Source of the DNA: Callorhinchus milii
Taxonomy: Eukaryota
Length of the DNA stretch: 64,000 nucleotides
NCBI RefSeq assembly: GCF_018977255.1
Contig: NW_024704743.1
Span: forward strand, 32,242,001-32,306,000
Direction: 5' to 3'
The notes under the pieces were generated by a model, which worked only from the letters and a program-made list of their open reading frames with translations, was not told where the DNA came from and ran no database searches. Shown here one piece after another: positions 1-13,612 of this stretch; position 1 is the first letter of the stretch, and each line of letters starts with the position of its first letter. A program made the translations under genes and the position numbers.

Positions 1-91
1 ATCTCCATTGGTTCAGATAACTTGTATAGTATGTTTCTGATTTGCCCCATCAGTGGAGGTATTAATGGTACCACTTGGATAACTGTTACCT

Positions 92-237
92 AGGAATATA
101 GGAACAGAAATAGGCCATTCAGCCCGTCGAGCCTGTTCCACCAATCTATTAGATTATGGCTGATCTGTACCTCAGTTCTATTTACCCGCCTTTGCTCCAT
201 ATGCCTTGATACCTTTACCTATCAAAAATCTATCTCA
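92..237 (-). mobile_element. CR1-type 3' end fragment
   Basis: ataggaacagaaataggccattcagcccgtcgagcctgttccacc..., homologous to 46817-46985. Confidence 0.85.
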
Positions 238-3200
238 GGTTCAACTGGAAAAAATATTTTGGCTCAGAAATATCTTTGCTGTACCAATGGATATGTCTGT
301 TGAAGTGTTTTTTGTGGTGCTATACAAATGGAATTAGCTTTCTAAGTAGTATTTGGCCACATAACTTTTCTAATGAAAGTTATCTCTTTTTGTGCTGCGA
401 TGATTAAATCTGAAAGCATTATCATTAGTGTGGTATGTAGTATTGTCTCGATTATACACTGGACAAGTGGAATTTTCATGTTCTTAAAGCGTGCATACAA
501 TTGAGTTCAGCTATGAATTTTATAATAAGTTGATTTCAGAATATGGGGATAGAATTTATATTGCAGGATTTCACAAACAATTTCACGAATGCAAGTGGCT
601 TATAGTTTTATACAGCAATTGTCTCCTATGGCCCCAAGTCATGGACATTTGTATCTATTTTCCAAAATTAGATTGCAGTTGATCTGACCCAAATTGCCCT
701 GTGACCCCACTTCTTTCTGTGTCCTGGAGCATGTTATTTATGGAGGTCACAGACATGTTGAAACCAGATGTAGTGCTTACTCCACATCGAGTGCAGCATG
801 AAACAATCTACAGTTTGACCCGTTTTACTTGAGTGCAATTAAGTTTTTAAAAAGTTAAATAAAGACCTTGCTCCTTGTACAATACAAGTTTATATTTATA
901 TAGCACATTTCACATCAGGAGAATGTTCCAATGTACTTGCCAGGGGAAAGATGACTGAAGGCCCGGTCAAAGAGGTGGGTCTTGAAACTGTTTCAAAGTT
1001 ACGGGAGCTACATTACTGCATCTTCTTTTTCTTTCCATTCACTTTTAAGGTGCTGTCTCTTGTTCTTCTATTATCTAACTTGCCTAAGAATAATTCCACT
1101 TGCATAGGTAGTCTGAAATTAATGATACTGGTGGGTCACATTTCCAGGACCATTTGTAATTTGTACATTGTATTGTGATGGTCTATTTTTAGCCTTGACA
1201 TTTTTTTATAAATAGGCAAACCTTTTATAAGGTCTCTTTATTCCCATCTAATGCACCTCCTTTTGCTGCAATGTTAATTCGAACTTCGACTGGAAGTCAG
1301 GGTTGCCTGGGTCATTGACCTCAATATAAATTACTCCGCCACTGCTGTTTTATCAGCTCTATGCTCAAGTCTCCTAGTCATTATCAAGACCGCCTCAGGA
1401 CACGACACAGCATGCTGCTGCTGTCTCTGTCTGCAGACTGGTAAAACTCCTCCAGTCAAGACGGGCTCAGCCAAGCAATGACCTACAGCCATCCAGCAAG
1501 GGGTTTGCGACAACATAACAACGCTCTATTGTCGGAGATAATAGGTTACCCCAATTATCTGCATTTTATTTATGAATTAATTCAGGAATTGTGTCTTTGT
1601 CTAGAATGTTTTCCCAGGACATGATGTGACATTGTTGGGAATGGGCAGCATGTTTTACTCTCTCCTTCTCTTCTCTTGTGCCCACACTTGTGCCCCTCAC
1701 TGTGCCCACACTGGCTGTGTTGGATTGGTTTGGACTGTTGCCTTGATTGGTCCCTGCTCTACTATTTGCCAGTACAGAACAGACTGTGTTGTCCTCTCCA
1801 TGGTTTGTAATGTTATCCTGCACTGGAGAAATTATATATAGCAACGGAAATGTTGAGGGTGGGGGGGTTATTCATGTTCAGCATTGCTGCAGCTGGTTGC
1901 TGATCATTTCTTTGGTTCAATTAACCTCACAGCTGAGATCAATGCTGATCAATAAGGCTAAACTGCACTAAGATAATGTAATTGTCCAAATATAAGTCAC
2001 ACTCACAAATCCCCGACCCCATATTTTATCAATTATTGCAGATGACTTGCCCTCCTGCATATTCCTATTGCAGGAGTGGTCAACCTTTTTGTCTCATCTG
2101 AATGATGGCACCTCCAACAGTCCTGTCTTGGGGCTTGAACCCACAATCTTCTGATTCAGAGGTGGGGATAATACCAACTAAGCCACGATGATGAATCTAA
2201 TAATCAAACGCTCTGAGACACTACCCTGCGTGGACGGTACTATGTAAGTGCATGTTGTTATTGTTGTTGCTGTTATTGACAAATGTGTTCTGAGCACCAA
2301 TAAATATGAATATTATAATTCATAAGCAAGGAACAGGAAGTCAGTATTAATAGTGTAGATATAAAAAAAGTTTGAGTAAATCCCAGCTTTGAAGCTTGGC
2401 AACAACAGCAACAACAAAATTTAATTTGTATAGCAGACAGTAATGATAGAATGTACACTCAGTAATGAGTGTACATTTGGATCAGACTCCAAAGCCGAGC
2501 TTAAACCCGTGGACGTGATAAGACAGTGTGTATGGGTCACTTCATCATGCTTTTTCTTGATGTTTTAAGACGTTTGGGGACTGAAGTGGAGCAAGTTAAT
2601 TTAAACTGAGGTGCTCAAAGCTCATTTCTGGAATGGAAGTGCACCTTTAGTGAACCACATATGGTAGTGGAGTGCACCTGGGATATTTGAGCCTTAACAC
2701 TTGCAATTTAGATGTGAGGAAATCTGGCTTAACCAAATAAGAGCAATACTTTCAATGTATCCTGCAGTGTTTAAAATTTCAAGCTATTAGCCAGACTCGT
2801 GGACCTGTTTTGCTTGGGTATTGTTTCTCTGCTGCATTTGCTTTGAGCAGATTAAAATATATTTATTCCCATCTCCATACATCAATTCCAATGGATTGGA
2901 GCGCAGGTATGTGACCTCCTTCACGACCTTTGGCATTGGTACTTTTTATCCAGCTGCTGGGAGGTACCCAAGACTTTGGGCAGCTCCTGGCCATTTCTTA
3001 GCACCTCATTTGACAGCACATCCGAAATTGAGAGCTTGCCAGTTAAGGAATCATATGCACAGAATCCACCTTTTCCCCACCCCCTTACCAACTACCAAAC
3101 TAAAGCCATTTCAATGAAAGATAGAATAATAATAGTAATCCTTGCATTCGCTATAGCGTCTTATCACATCTTCAAGGCTTTTCAAAGCGCTTCACAGAAT

Positions 3201-5917
3201 ATACTGTAAAGTGAATTGACAATATATTTTGTGGGCAAAATTCATTAGAATGTATTGCTAATTCGGCCAACTTGGGTCCTGCAGCCTTGGCTCTTGCCAA
3301 CTTGCGTCTAACAATTTCTGGAATTAGCTAAGCAGGATGCTTCCCTCCAGGTAGAGAGTGTGCATTCCATTCCAACAATCTATCTCTGGGATTTCCACAT
3401 GTAGGTGGGATGCTTGGTTTGGATACTCTTAAGCATGGTGATAGGTTTCTGCATATGTCAGACACCCGGCTTTCCAAAAACATTTGGCTCTTGCAGTGAT
3501 TTTCAAGTTGTGTGTGGAACCGTAGATCCCTGTCATACCATTATGTGTCAGACTTGAAAGAAACTAGAGTTTCAATGGGAGTTACACCACTCTAAGCAGG
3601 GTTTGAAATGAACCTGGTCTGCATCTGGAATCAAAAATTCCTTCACCATGTAAGATGTTCAGACCATAATAAATCAAGAACAGCTAAAAATCTACTTGTT
3701 CAGTGCAGAAGGGGAAGCAGTCCTATTATTTATGGCTTTGTTTTCATAATTATAATAATCATTGCATTTGACAGAGCATCTTTCACAGCAGGAGGACATC
3801 TCAAAGTGCATCACGAGTTTACCCTTAAGTGTAATGACTGAATTTTGTAAGCAAATATACAGGTCAATTTGCACATAGCAATGTCTTTAAGTGCTTCATA
3901 GATCATTTCTGTAATGCATTTGTAGGCAAATAAGACAGCTAATTTGCATTCAGCAATGGTCCCACAAGATGCATGACCAATCAGTCTGGAGGATTCTTAG
4001 CCAGACACCAGGAAAAAAAACCTTCTCTTTTCAAATCATGTCATGGGATCTTTAACTTCTCATCCATAGGATGATAGTTCAGACAGTATAGTACTACCTG
4101 GCTCAATGGGTAGCACTCTTGCCTCCGACTCAGAAGGTTCAAGCCCACATTAGGACTTTGAACTCACAGTCTAGACTGACACTCCAATACAGTTCTGGGA
4201 GAACGCTGCATTGTTGGAGGTGCCGTTCTTTGGATGAGATGTTAAACCAAACTTTTAACCAGATAAAATTGGTCATTCACTGCCGCGTTTGTCTACAAAA
4301 TGCACAGTGAAGTTTACAGTGTAGTTTAGTATTTGCTTATTCAGCATCAATGCGTAAGAGAAGAAAAAAATGCACTTTTAGACATTACATTTTAACACTT
4401 TGCCAATACGTATTATTTTGTTGTGTGATGCTCTTCACTACCTAACACTGATCTTTAAAGAGCTATTTAAGGCTCATGCCTCTCAACAGCTGAAGGTGAT
4501 ATTAACCTTGTAATTTATCAATGTTTCACAACTTAATTGTATTGATACAGTGTACCATATCCAGCTGCAGGGTTCACACAAATATCAGATCGCTTGGGCT
4601 GTGAGTGATACTTTTTCTCTCCCCTCATCTCCCTACCAGAAAAATCTCTTTTAGATTTCCTTACTTGTCTTGCGGCAATGGGGAGCACCGGTGATGTTAC
4701 TACATTGCTGTGTGTTAAGTGTGTCTCAGCCTAAAGTTTGTCTGAAATAGTGTGAAGACTGCAGACTATGTCCTTTATCATTCAACAAGTTTTTTTTAGA
4801 ATGTAAAGGGATTGTTGTCTGAAAGTCTAAACGGTTACGCACAGCGCTGTTGACTCTGTATAAAGGTTGTGTCTAGCAGCAGGTAGAAGAGAAAATGTGA
4901 CTTAAGTTATCAGCCTCTGTAGATTTATGGAAAGGAGATTAGGGTCCTTCACTACTTTGCATGAGGAGAAAATTAATTCTGTCAGTCATCACCTCAATGC
5001 CAATCCCTCCAGTCAGCAGTGATCTAAGGAATATAAATGATCATTAGGACCACTCACTGTAGAGTTCAGTCAACAGTTTATTCTGAGCACAGAAGGATTT
5101 CTGGTACCCTACACTTTACTGTATTCTAACAGTGTCCAACTGTTCAAGTCTAATATCAAATCTAAAATTGTTTATAAAGCAAACAAAAGATATGATATGG
5201 AAACAATGATTGACTCAAAATTAGGGTCAAAAGAATGAAATATTACTGGAAGGAATTATCGTCCTGGGATTGTCTTAATTGTTGATGGTTTTGTTACAAT
5301 TTCATTTGAAGATGTATTTTTTCACCCTGAGTTGCAATCGGTGGTGTGGCAGCTGATGTGTTTGCATGTTAATTATGCTTCCTGATCTGACATTTTCAAA
5401 TCCCTCAGTGAACATTAAGTCATGGAAAGAGCTGAGAATCCTTTATTATTGAAGCTCAAAATCCTATAATACTCGGAAGCCTTTCACGAGACAGATGGGG
5501 TCCTAATATACTGCAGTTAGCACCCAGGAGAGTACAGAATAAATACAGTTTGTTCTGCATTTTTCTGTACAACAACATACCCTGTTGGGCGAGCGATTAA
5601 GAGAAAAGTAATTGCTTGAACATGAATCAATGTTGTCAAGGTCAATGGGGCAAATAATACAAAATACTAAGGACATATAATGTAATTATTGAAGCTTTAT
5701 ACAATATCTAGCACTGTTGTTTATAATTATATTTTCAAGCTGTGTTTGGCTACAAAGATCCAGTCACTTGACAGCAAATACCTGTGAAACTCTTTGAGAC
5801 ATTTTAATGTTCCAGGCACGCAATCAAATGCAAACATTACTATTACAGTAAACTCCTGATAACTTGCGGTTAACTTGTCACTACCACGTGCTGTCAATAC
5901 CCTGCTGCGTTTATGTA

Positions 5918-6334
5918 TGTCAGCTTGGCGCAGTGATAGCACTCTCGTCTCTGAGTCAGAAGATCGTGGGTTTAAGCGTCACGTCGGGACTCGAAAACAC
6001 ATAGTCTAAGCTGAAACTCCAATGCAGTGCTAAGGGTACGTTGCATTGTCGTGGTGCCGTGGTACGGATGAGAGGTAAAACTGAGGTCACATCTGCTGGT
6101 CAGGTGGATGATAAACATCCCATGGCAACTATTCAAAATGAGAAGGGAGTTTCTTCCAGTGTCCTAGCCAACAGATCCCCTAAATAGAAAATGTGGTCAC
6201 TCACTCCATGATTGTTTCTGTGTGAAATTGGCTGCCACGTTTCACCCACAAAATACAGTCAAATTACTTTACAGTATATCCTCTGAAGCACTTTGAGACA
6301 AGGCACGATATCAAATGCAAGGATTATTATTATT
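5918..6334 (+). mobile_element. tRNA-headed Deu-domain SINE with L2-type tail
   Basis: A/B-box-like head (tagcactctcgtctctgagtcagaag...gggtttaag), central ggtgccgt...ggatgagaggtaaaactgaggtc...catcccatggca typical of DeuSINEs (AmnSINE1/SacSINE1 type, from memory), and tail aaatgcaaggattattatt. Confidence 0.85.
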
Positions 6335-7189
6335 TATGCATATGCCTAACTTGCCACTCTGAATAACGCATCATTGAGCCCCTTTCCCATGTTGTCAGCA
6401 GTTTAATGTATTTAGGAATTCATTTTTTTTATATAGTTAAAACACAGTTGTTCCCACACGGCCAATCCTAGTAGCAACGTTACTGTGAACCATTTCTGTT
6501 TTATCAGTGACTGTTTCAACAGTACCTTTCTTCCAGTATTTATTTGAGTCCTTAATTTGTCTGTGCAGGGAAATGGTGCCCTTTATCTTCTTTGCTTGAA
6601 GTACACAACAATGATCTATCTTGTATGGTATGATAGTTGGCAACCTGCACTTCAGTGATTTTTAATGGAAGCAAATCTTAAGAGTTCTCATGAGTGGGAT
6701 GCCTCTGAGCAGTGAGATGGGTGTTTAGTATTTGTGCAGTCTGTGTAAAATGATGCAGGAGTGAGATTTAAACAAGTTGCAACTTTGAGGATGTAAAATC
6801 AATTTCAACCTCTTCACTGACATGGTACCAACCTTTAGCGATGAGGTTAATTGATTTTGTAATCATAGTTTGCATTTGCTATAATGTTATTTGAATTTAA
6901 CTGATGTAGGAAATGTGTAATTCCTTTGCAATATTCAAATGTAGTCTGTTCAGTACAAATATTAGAATGTATTGAATTAGATGACCCTTGTACGATATGG
7001 ATGTGACAATGAGGCCATATACGAATCTTAAGAAAAGGGCATTTTGTCCCTGAAGCCACTATTCAGAGTCTCTTCACAACTACCCCATCATGGCCGGTTT
7101 TGTTTCCTCCCGTTCCCATCCCTATCCCGATACCTATTCCCATCACTCAATGGAAAGGATACGTATCCGAGCTGAGGATAGGAAGATGG

Positions 7190-7925
7190 TGGCAATGTTC
7201 TCATGCATTTCATGCTGAACTGTGTTGCCCAGCAGGAAGCTCACGAGGAGTTCCTGGTATCCGCCATCAACCTAGTGAGGGCTCAAAACCAGGATTGTCT
7301 GATGTCAAATGATCAACTTGTGACTATCCTTCTTGGAGGGAGGGAGGGGCTGAACTGGCTCCAAGGTGACATGTTTGGCAACAGAATGTCAGAATTGACA
7401 ACCTCCTGTGGAGGTCTTGGTAGTCCAGTTCCTGAGCTAGACGGGTCCGCAGAACTCCAGGGACAGCCCAGCCAGCCTGGGTCATCCTCAGGCCTTGGAA
7501 GGGCAGACCAGTCACTCGGGGACAGGGACTCTTCCCATTCAGCTCCTGTTAACTCTGCAAACCAAAGCCGTAACTGGAGGGTAGTCCTAGCTGGACAAGC
7601 AGTGGGAAAGCTTCCAGACAGTGCTCTCAATGGCAAGCTATGTGGTTTTAACTGGTTAGACTCCAATCCATACTCTGCAGTCCCCAAGCCTTGGCTCCTG
7701 CCAACCTGCACCCAATGCTTCCTGGAATTAGATAGGCAGGATGAGTCTCTCTAGGGAGAGAGTGCACATTTCATTCCAATAAATATCTTTGCAATTTCCA
7801 TTTGTAGGTGGGATGCATGGAATTCTCAGCTTGGTTTGGATACTCTTAAGTATGGTGATGGGTTTCCACACGTCTCAGACACCCAGCTGACCCATCCTCA
7901 AAATGCTTGAATTCTTGTTGGAATA
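7190..7925 (+). repeat. Longest well-preserved copy of an unclassified interspersed repeat family
   Basis: Homologous blocks at about 3260-3500(+), 11445-11745(-), 11900-11990(-), 12640-12745(+), 29815-30142(-), 37715-38025(-) and 58100-58655(+). Shared words include ctggctccaaggtga, gtcctagctg.acaagcagtgggaaagctt and tcagacacc. Confidence 0.85.
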
Positions 7926-8754
7926 TTCTTATTTTCTCGCTGAACCCTCTGAAGACAGTCAGAAGCAATCCTGGTGAATCTGTCAGTGCTCCACATTCTT
8001 AGCCACTATTTGCAGCTAGTCCCAGCAGCACACATATTAATTTACTTACAGTGCAAAGTTATCTGCAAACACCAGATACCTATTATTAAAAATTGTCTAA
8101 TTGACCTGGAGTCTGCCCTGCATATCCTCTACCCTGGGCATGGTGGCTGATAGTGGCAAAGGTGGGAGAGGTGTGCGTGAAAGAGAAGGGGAATGCTACA
8201 GTACTAAAGTTATGTTTCTTCATGTCGTAGTTCCTCTCTCGTGGCTCCGCACACAATAATAATAATATTATAAAAAACACGTCAGCGAATTGTAACTGTT
8301 GTAATTGTATCTCCAAATACAGTTTCACAGATCACATTACTGAGCCTGCTTTCATGTCTATTTTTCTATAATCTTTTCAGTATTTTAAATGCTAGTATCA
8401 ATCCCCTCCCCCTCAGTCATTTTTTTATTTCAAATGAGTTCAGTCCTGTGATTATTCTTCCTGAGGTCTTCTATAAGCGTGGAATCAACCTCATCATCTG
8501 TCTCTGACCTCTCTCCAATGTCTTTTATAGTCGTTTTCCAAATATTACTGATCCAAGCAAATTATTTCACACTCATTGGGATATAAATATATTTACTTTC
8601 TTGTATAAAATGTTGTATTACAGCACGACATCATGATGTGCCTATTGTATTAGGTTCACAGTAGTGGCATTGAACATGTTCATTTTAAACAACTTGCTTC
8701 TGTGCACACTTGAGGATTGATTGGGAGTGATGATCAGAGAGCAGATTGCCGTTT

Positions 8755-9139
8755 TAATAATAATAATAATCCTTGCATTTGATATAGCAACTTATCACGT
8801 CTTCACGATGCCTCAAAGCATTTCACAGAATATATTGTAAAATGAATTGACTAGATATTTTGTGGGTGAAACGCAGCAGCCAATTGCGCACAGCAGTGTC
8901 TCACAAACAGTTATGGATTGAGTGACCAAATTATTATTGATAAAAAAACATTTTTGAAGGGATTATTTCCCCCCAGAAGAACGATCCGCCAATTAACAAT
9001 TGGGTTCCTACTTACTGCTAGGTAAACAGAGGTGTATGGAAGGAAACTTGCCTAACATTTTACCTAACTGCTTGAGAATCGAACCCAGGTCCTCTCGCTT
9101 GCAAGTCGAGTGCTCTAACCAATAAGCTACAGGACTCCA
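8755..9139 (-). mobile_element. Second tRNA-headed SINE family (long form) with CORE-like body and shared 3' module
   Basis: Minus-strand head ggagtcctgtagcttattggttagagcactcgacttgcaagcgagaggacctgggttcgattc has A and B boxes. Body ggcaagtttccttcc...cctctgtttacctagcagtaagtaggaaccc; (TTA)n tail. Similar copies at 40611-40925(-), 41858-42205(-) and 41637-41800(+). Confidence 0.85.
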
Positions 9140-9776
9140 CACATGTTTTAAACACAAGCGCTCAGTGGTTAGTTTAAAGGGGTTGGCCCTCAAGTCTTAA
9201 GGCTTCAAACTTAAGTTCAATATTAAAATGTGATGGAGTTCACATTTGTCAGTATTTGACAGTTGATGTCGCTGATTGATTTACTGCCTGATTTCATAGG
9301 AATCTCATGATTTTCACTGAACAATACATATTTAGTTGATGCAAAGGGGATAATTATTAGTTATTGCTGGATACAAGAACGCTTATTTTTGAAATAATGA
9401 CAGAGCTTGGGAGAAACCATGGGAATTTGTATTAAAAGTATTACTGCAGTGTACGTATTTGATGTAGACCAGATTGCGATGATTCGTTGTATTTCAGTGG
9501 GAAATTGCTTAATGACAGAACCCAGCTGCTGCACGTAGATGAGAGCATGAGTAAGAAGTCAAACATTCCACCAGCTTTCTTAATGAATAGATAAACCTTT
9601 CAGAAACTTTTCTACCACACGTGGATAGCAGAACAGTGTTTATTTTTGGAATTTGTGGCTAAAGCTGCTAAGAAAGGCAGTTGTTGTGGATTGTGTCAAC
9701 AACTTCAAAAGAGAATTAGATAGCAACTTGGTGAAGAAATCAGTTGAGGCCTATCTGTGAGCGAGAGGGGGAGGAA

Positions 9777-9852
9777 TGTGTGTGTGTGTGAGAGAGAGAG
9801 GTATGTAGGTAAGTGTGTGTGTTATGTGTGGGTGTGAGAGAGAGGGAGGGAG
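9777..9852. repeat. Compound (TG)n/(GA)n microsatellite
   Basis: Read directly from the sequence. Confidence 0.9.
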
Positions 9853-12800
9853 GGTTTGGTGTGTGTACTCCACTGGTGGTTTCTGCTTCTATATATTTAA
9901 GGGCTCAGAGATGCTGCCCTGCATGAAGGGAGCAATATAAATACAAGTTGTTGTTGTTGAACAAGTTGCTGCGAAAGTAAGAAACACCTGAAAAGTGAAA
10001 AGATCATTTGGCTCATCCAGTTTGATCCCTCCACATGAATGCAGTAGAACGTCCCTCTCCCTTTATTCAGGGTTCCTAAACTCCCCTCCATTTCTAACTC
10101 ACATCATAGTGGAGCAAGAGCTCTCAATCTGTTATTTTCACCGAAAGTATCTCATCTCTGATTGTGAACCTCCTGCTTATCTCTTATGCCTGCTTCCTTC
10201 ACCACATGGGAAAGGGTGCCCATGCAGGCAGTATAGCAGGCCAGGGGAGGTGGCATTGCTCCCCTGGCAAGCACAAGAAAGAACAACAAGAGAGTGTGGT
10301 ATGGCAGGGACCTCCAAAAGCACTCTGCCCCTCAATGCAGGGTGAGCAGAAGGCTCAACAACAAATTGCATTTATAAAGCACCTTTCATGTCAGCAGGAG
10401 CTGGACAGTTAAGGGTTTGCACCCATGCTGCAGGTTGTAATTAAGAGGCATGCAGGGCAAGAGGGGTTGGGGGTGGGAGGATGGCTGAAGGCACGATGAA
10501 AGAGGAAGGTATTGATACGGGCCTTGAAGGACACTAAGACAGCCATTCTCTGGGCCTCTTTCAGGTTGTTGCACAAAATCAAAGTGTTTTTGATCTGATT
10601 CCTACAAGTGATCCAACTTAAACTTGATGTCTAATACCTGACAAAATGATATGTCAACCAAATTTGATTGCTTTGAAACTGACGCTGTATTAATAAGTCG
10701 AAGCATTAAGCTAAACAACCTTCAAGTGAGTTGTGTCAGGATGAAATTATTTTGGAGCATTAGCTTTCTATCTCTGGGTTTTTGAATTAAATGGTCTAAC
10801 ATCAGTTGATTTGGTGAGTTACTACACTAAAAAAACCAGCGCTGTTTGATTCCTGGATTAAATTCTCCAAATCCACTTACCCCAGAGTTTTTTTTGGCAC
10901 ATAATTTGATGTGAATTCCTGTTGGATTATTCATTTCCCATGTTTGTGGCAGAGGTAAATTTGCTCAACATGACCTACCTGTTCAAAAATGCTTATGTGC
11001 CTTGTCATGAACTGTGCAAGTCCTCACAGTAAATGCCTCCATTTCACTTGTGTTCATCTTAATGCTACGGCTGCACTTGAAATTCTGTTTTTGTCTATTG
11101 ATTTCCTGCACCTAATGTGTGAGCATTGTCATGGTTCGTAGACAATTGTGACTTTTTAAAAAAGGCACACATATTTTAGTGAGGGAGGCTTTTACACAAT
11201 ACAGTATTTATTTTAAGTGTAATCTGCTTTATAAGGAGGTGAATGTACTTTGTAATATTGCACTCGCTTGTTTGCAATCTGATTGTGTGTAACCTATCAC
11301 CAAGGTTAAGCATCATATCAGTTTTTTTATCCACTGGAGTTTAATCTGTGAAAAAAACATCAAATATAAAAGCCTGCGGTTTCTGTCCAACAAATCTTCT
11401 TATGCTGAGGCTTGAGGCTAGAATACTATCATAATTTTGTTTTGATCAGCCCAGGTGTCTGACACATGCAGAAACTTGTCGCCATGCTTAAGAATATACA
11501 AACTGTACAGAGTTCCACATATATATTCCACTGATGCATGTAAATCTCCCTGTGTCTGGATTGGAATGTGCATTCTCTGCTTGAAAGCAATCCATCGTGC
11601 TAACCCAATTCTGGAGAGTATGATTAGATGCAAGTTGGCAAGAGCTTGGGGATGCCAGAGTGTGAGTTGGGGTACTGCCTGAGTTTAGCTCGCTAAAACT
11701 AGCTTGCCATGAGAGCACTGTAAATTCCATGTCCAGCTAGGATCATCCTATTTGTTAGATCTTTGGTTTCCAAGATTAATATGAGGTAGGTGGGAAGAAT
11801 CCTTTCCCACCTACCGATGGAAAAGTTGCAGAAAATAACAACTTTCAAAAGGGAATTATTAGATAGGTACTTGAAAAGAAAAGAAAAGAAAAGAAAAGTA
11901 CTTGGTCTGACATCGGCACTGCCTGGAGCACTGCGGACTGGCCTGGCTCAGGAACAGGACTACGGAGACCATCACAGAGGATTGAATTGATTGAAACTGG
12001 TCATAATGATCCATAGCAGATTGAATGACTCCACAGTTCTCATGAAAAATGAACAAAAATCTCTGAATATTTTCTTTTAGTTTTTTGCTGATTTATCTTT
12101 TCAGATTTTAAGCAACAAATTGCATTTCTGGAGCATTTCTCTTCAGCTATAGATTTGGATTGCATAAGTCATTTAAAGGAAAGGGTAACTGTGTGCTCAG
12201 TACTCATAAGAGAATAGCTGCTCTGAGAATAACTTTGTTTTGGCATTTTATTTACAGGGCCTTTTTATAGATATTTCCAATACAATTGTGCAGAGAGCCA
12301 TCAGATCATTTGTCTCCCAGTTGTCTGAATCCCATCCAGCAGTTGGCTGGAGTGAGTGAGTGAGTGTCCTTTAAAAGTGCACTGTTGCCACTGATCCATT
12401 AGACATTAGTCATTCAAAATCCAATTGTCTGATCGTGGAGGTTTCAATCTCCCAACTGTTTCAACCTAGCAGCAGTCTAGCATTCTTCTGATGGTAGATA
12501 CCGACCCTGATCCCTCCAGCCACTTGAACAAGAGGTGCAAGGGCAATGTGTGGGATGTTTGTGTTCACCGTTTATCATTGATTTCTTCTGTGAGGGATTG
12601 TGAGAAGTAGGGTGCTTTCCTTTGGTGAGTGAGTGCACACTCCATTCCAGATAAAGGGAAATTTCCCTGCACATGTGGAAGTCTGTCCAGTTTGGATACC
12701 CTTTAGGATGTCGAATCATGTGTCAGACACCCGGCTGTCCAAAATTATGGTATTATAGGAGATCTGACTCTGAGCGGGTTCTCCCAATGTCAGTGCTGGG

Positions 12801-13524
12801 AAAAGCAGCTGATTTTCATTATGTATTGCCTCCAGGTATGGTCTCATCTCTGGAGGTAGAATTTTAAAGTAAAAGCATAAGTTTGCAAATCTTTACCAGC
12901 TTGGCTTGCTTGGATGTAAAACTTGGTTCTATCTGGGTGCACACCAGCTATATCTGAGTAATGGAGAGCCACTGTCATATGTTAAGGTATCTGGACTCCT
13001 TTTTGATGGGCGAGTGCAATCGCAGAATCTGCTAATCCTTTGTGCATTCAAAACTGAAAAGGATTCTTCCCTGAGGTGGGGATGAGCTGGTATGAAAGCG
13101 GCTGTGGAAGCAATTAGATCCCCAAGTTAGAAATCAAACAGTTTTGAAATTAGTTTAAAGTACATTATTTTACATTTAATTACTGTGAGCTCGGAGCCTG
13201 GAGCAAAACTGTCAGTTCACAAAAAAAAAGGCTGCAACTAGGGCCTTTCATGCGATGCCTGGTGTCTGGCCAAAGAGCTGCTGTGAGTTGTGTGACGGAG
13301 AGAGGCAGAAGAAGCATTAATCCTCTGATGTTGTTCCATCCAATAACCATCACCCGCAGGGATCCCGGTGGAACCAGGAATTGTTATAAAATCACAAATA
13401 TGAATACTAATAGAAAGATCTTCATTGAGACATTTACTAGATGTGACTCCTATGGTGATTATTTGCATGCCTTTAACCAGTTATTTATTTCAGTGAATGT
13501 ACATAAACATACATATGAGAGAAT

Positions 13525-13612
13525 ACGTGTGTATATGTATATATAATATATACACTGTATATTCACATATATTGTAGTTGCATTGAATATATATAATATA
13601 TATACTGTATAT
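13525..13612. repeat. TA-rich low-complexity repeat
   Basis: tatatgtatatataatatatacactgtatattcacatat... with a short internal duplication. Confidence 0.8.

Noticed and set aside
1677..1712. Three copies of a tgtgccc-cact unit (and the PIPIPI hexamer run near 7108-7145)
   Set aside because: Very short degenerate tandem repeats with no evidence of function.
9060..9139. tRNA gene (also 21765-21838 and 41637-41705)
   Set aside because: A/B-box sequences continue into a repeated body and tail with no clean cloverleaf. These are SINE heads.
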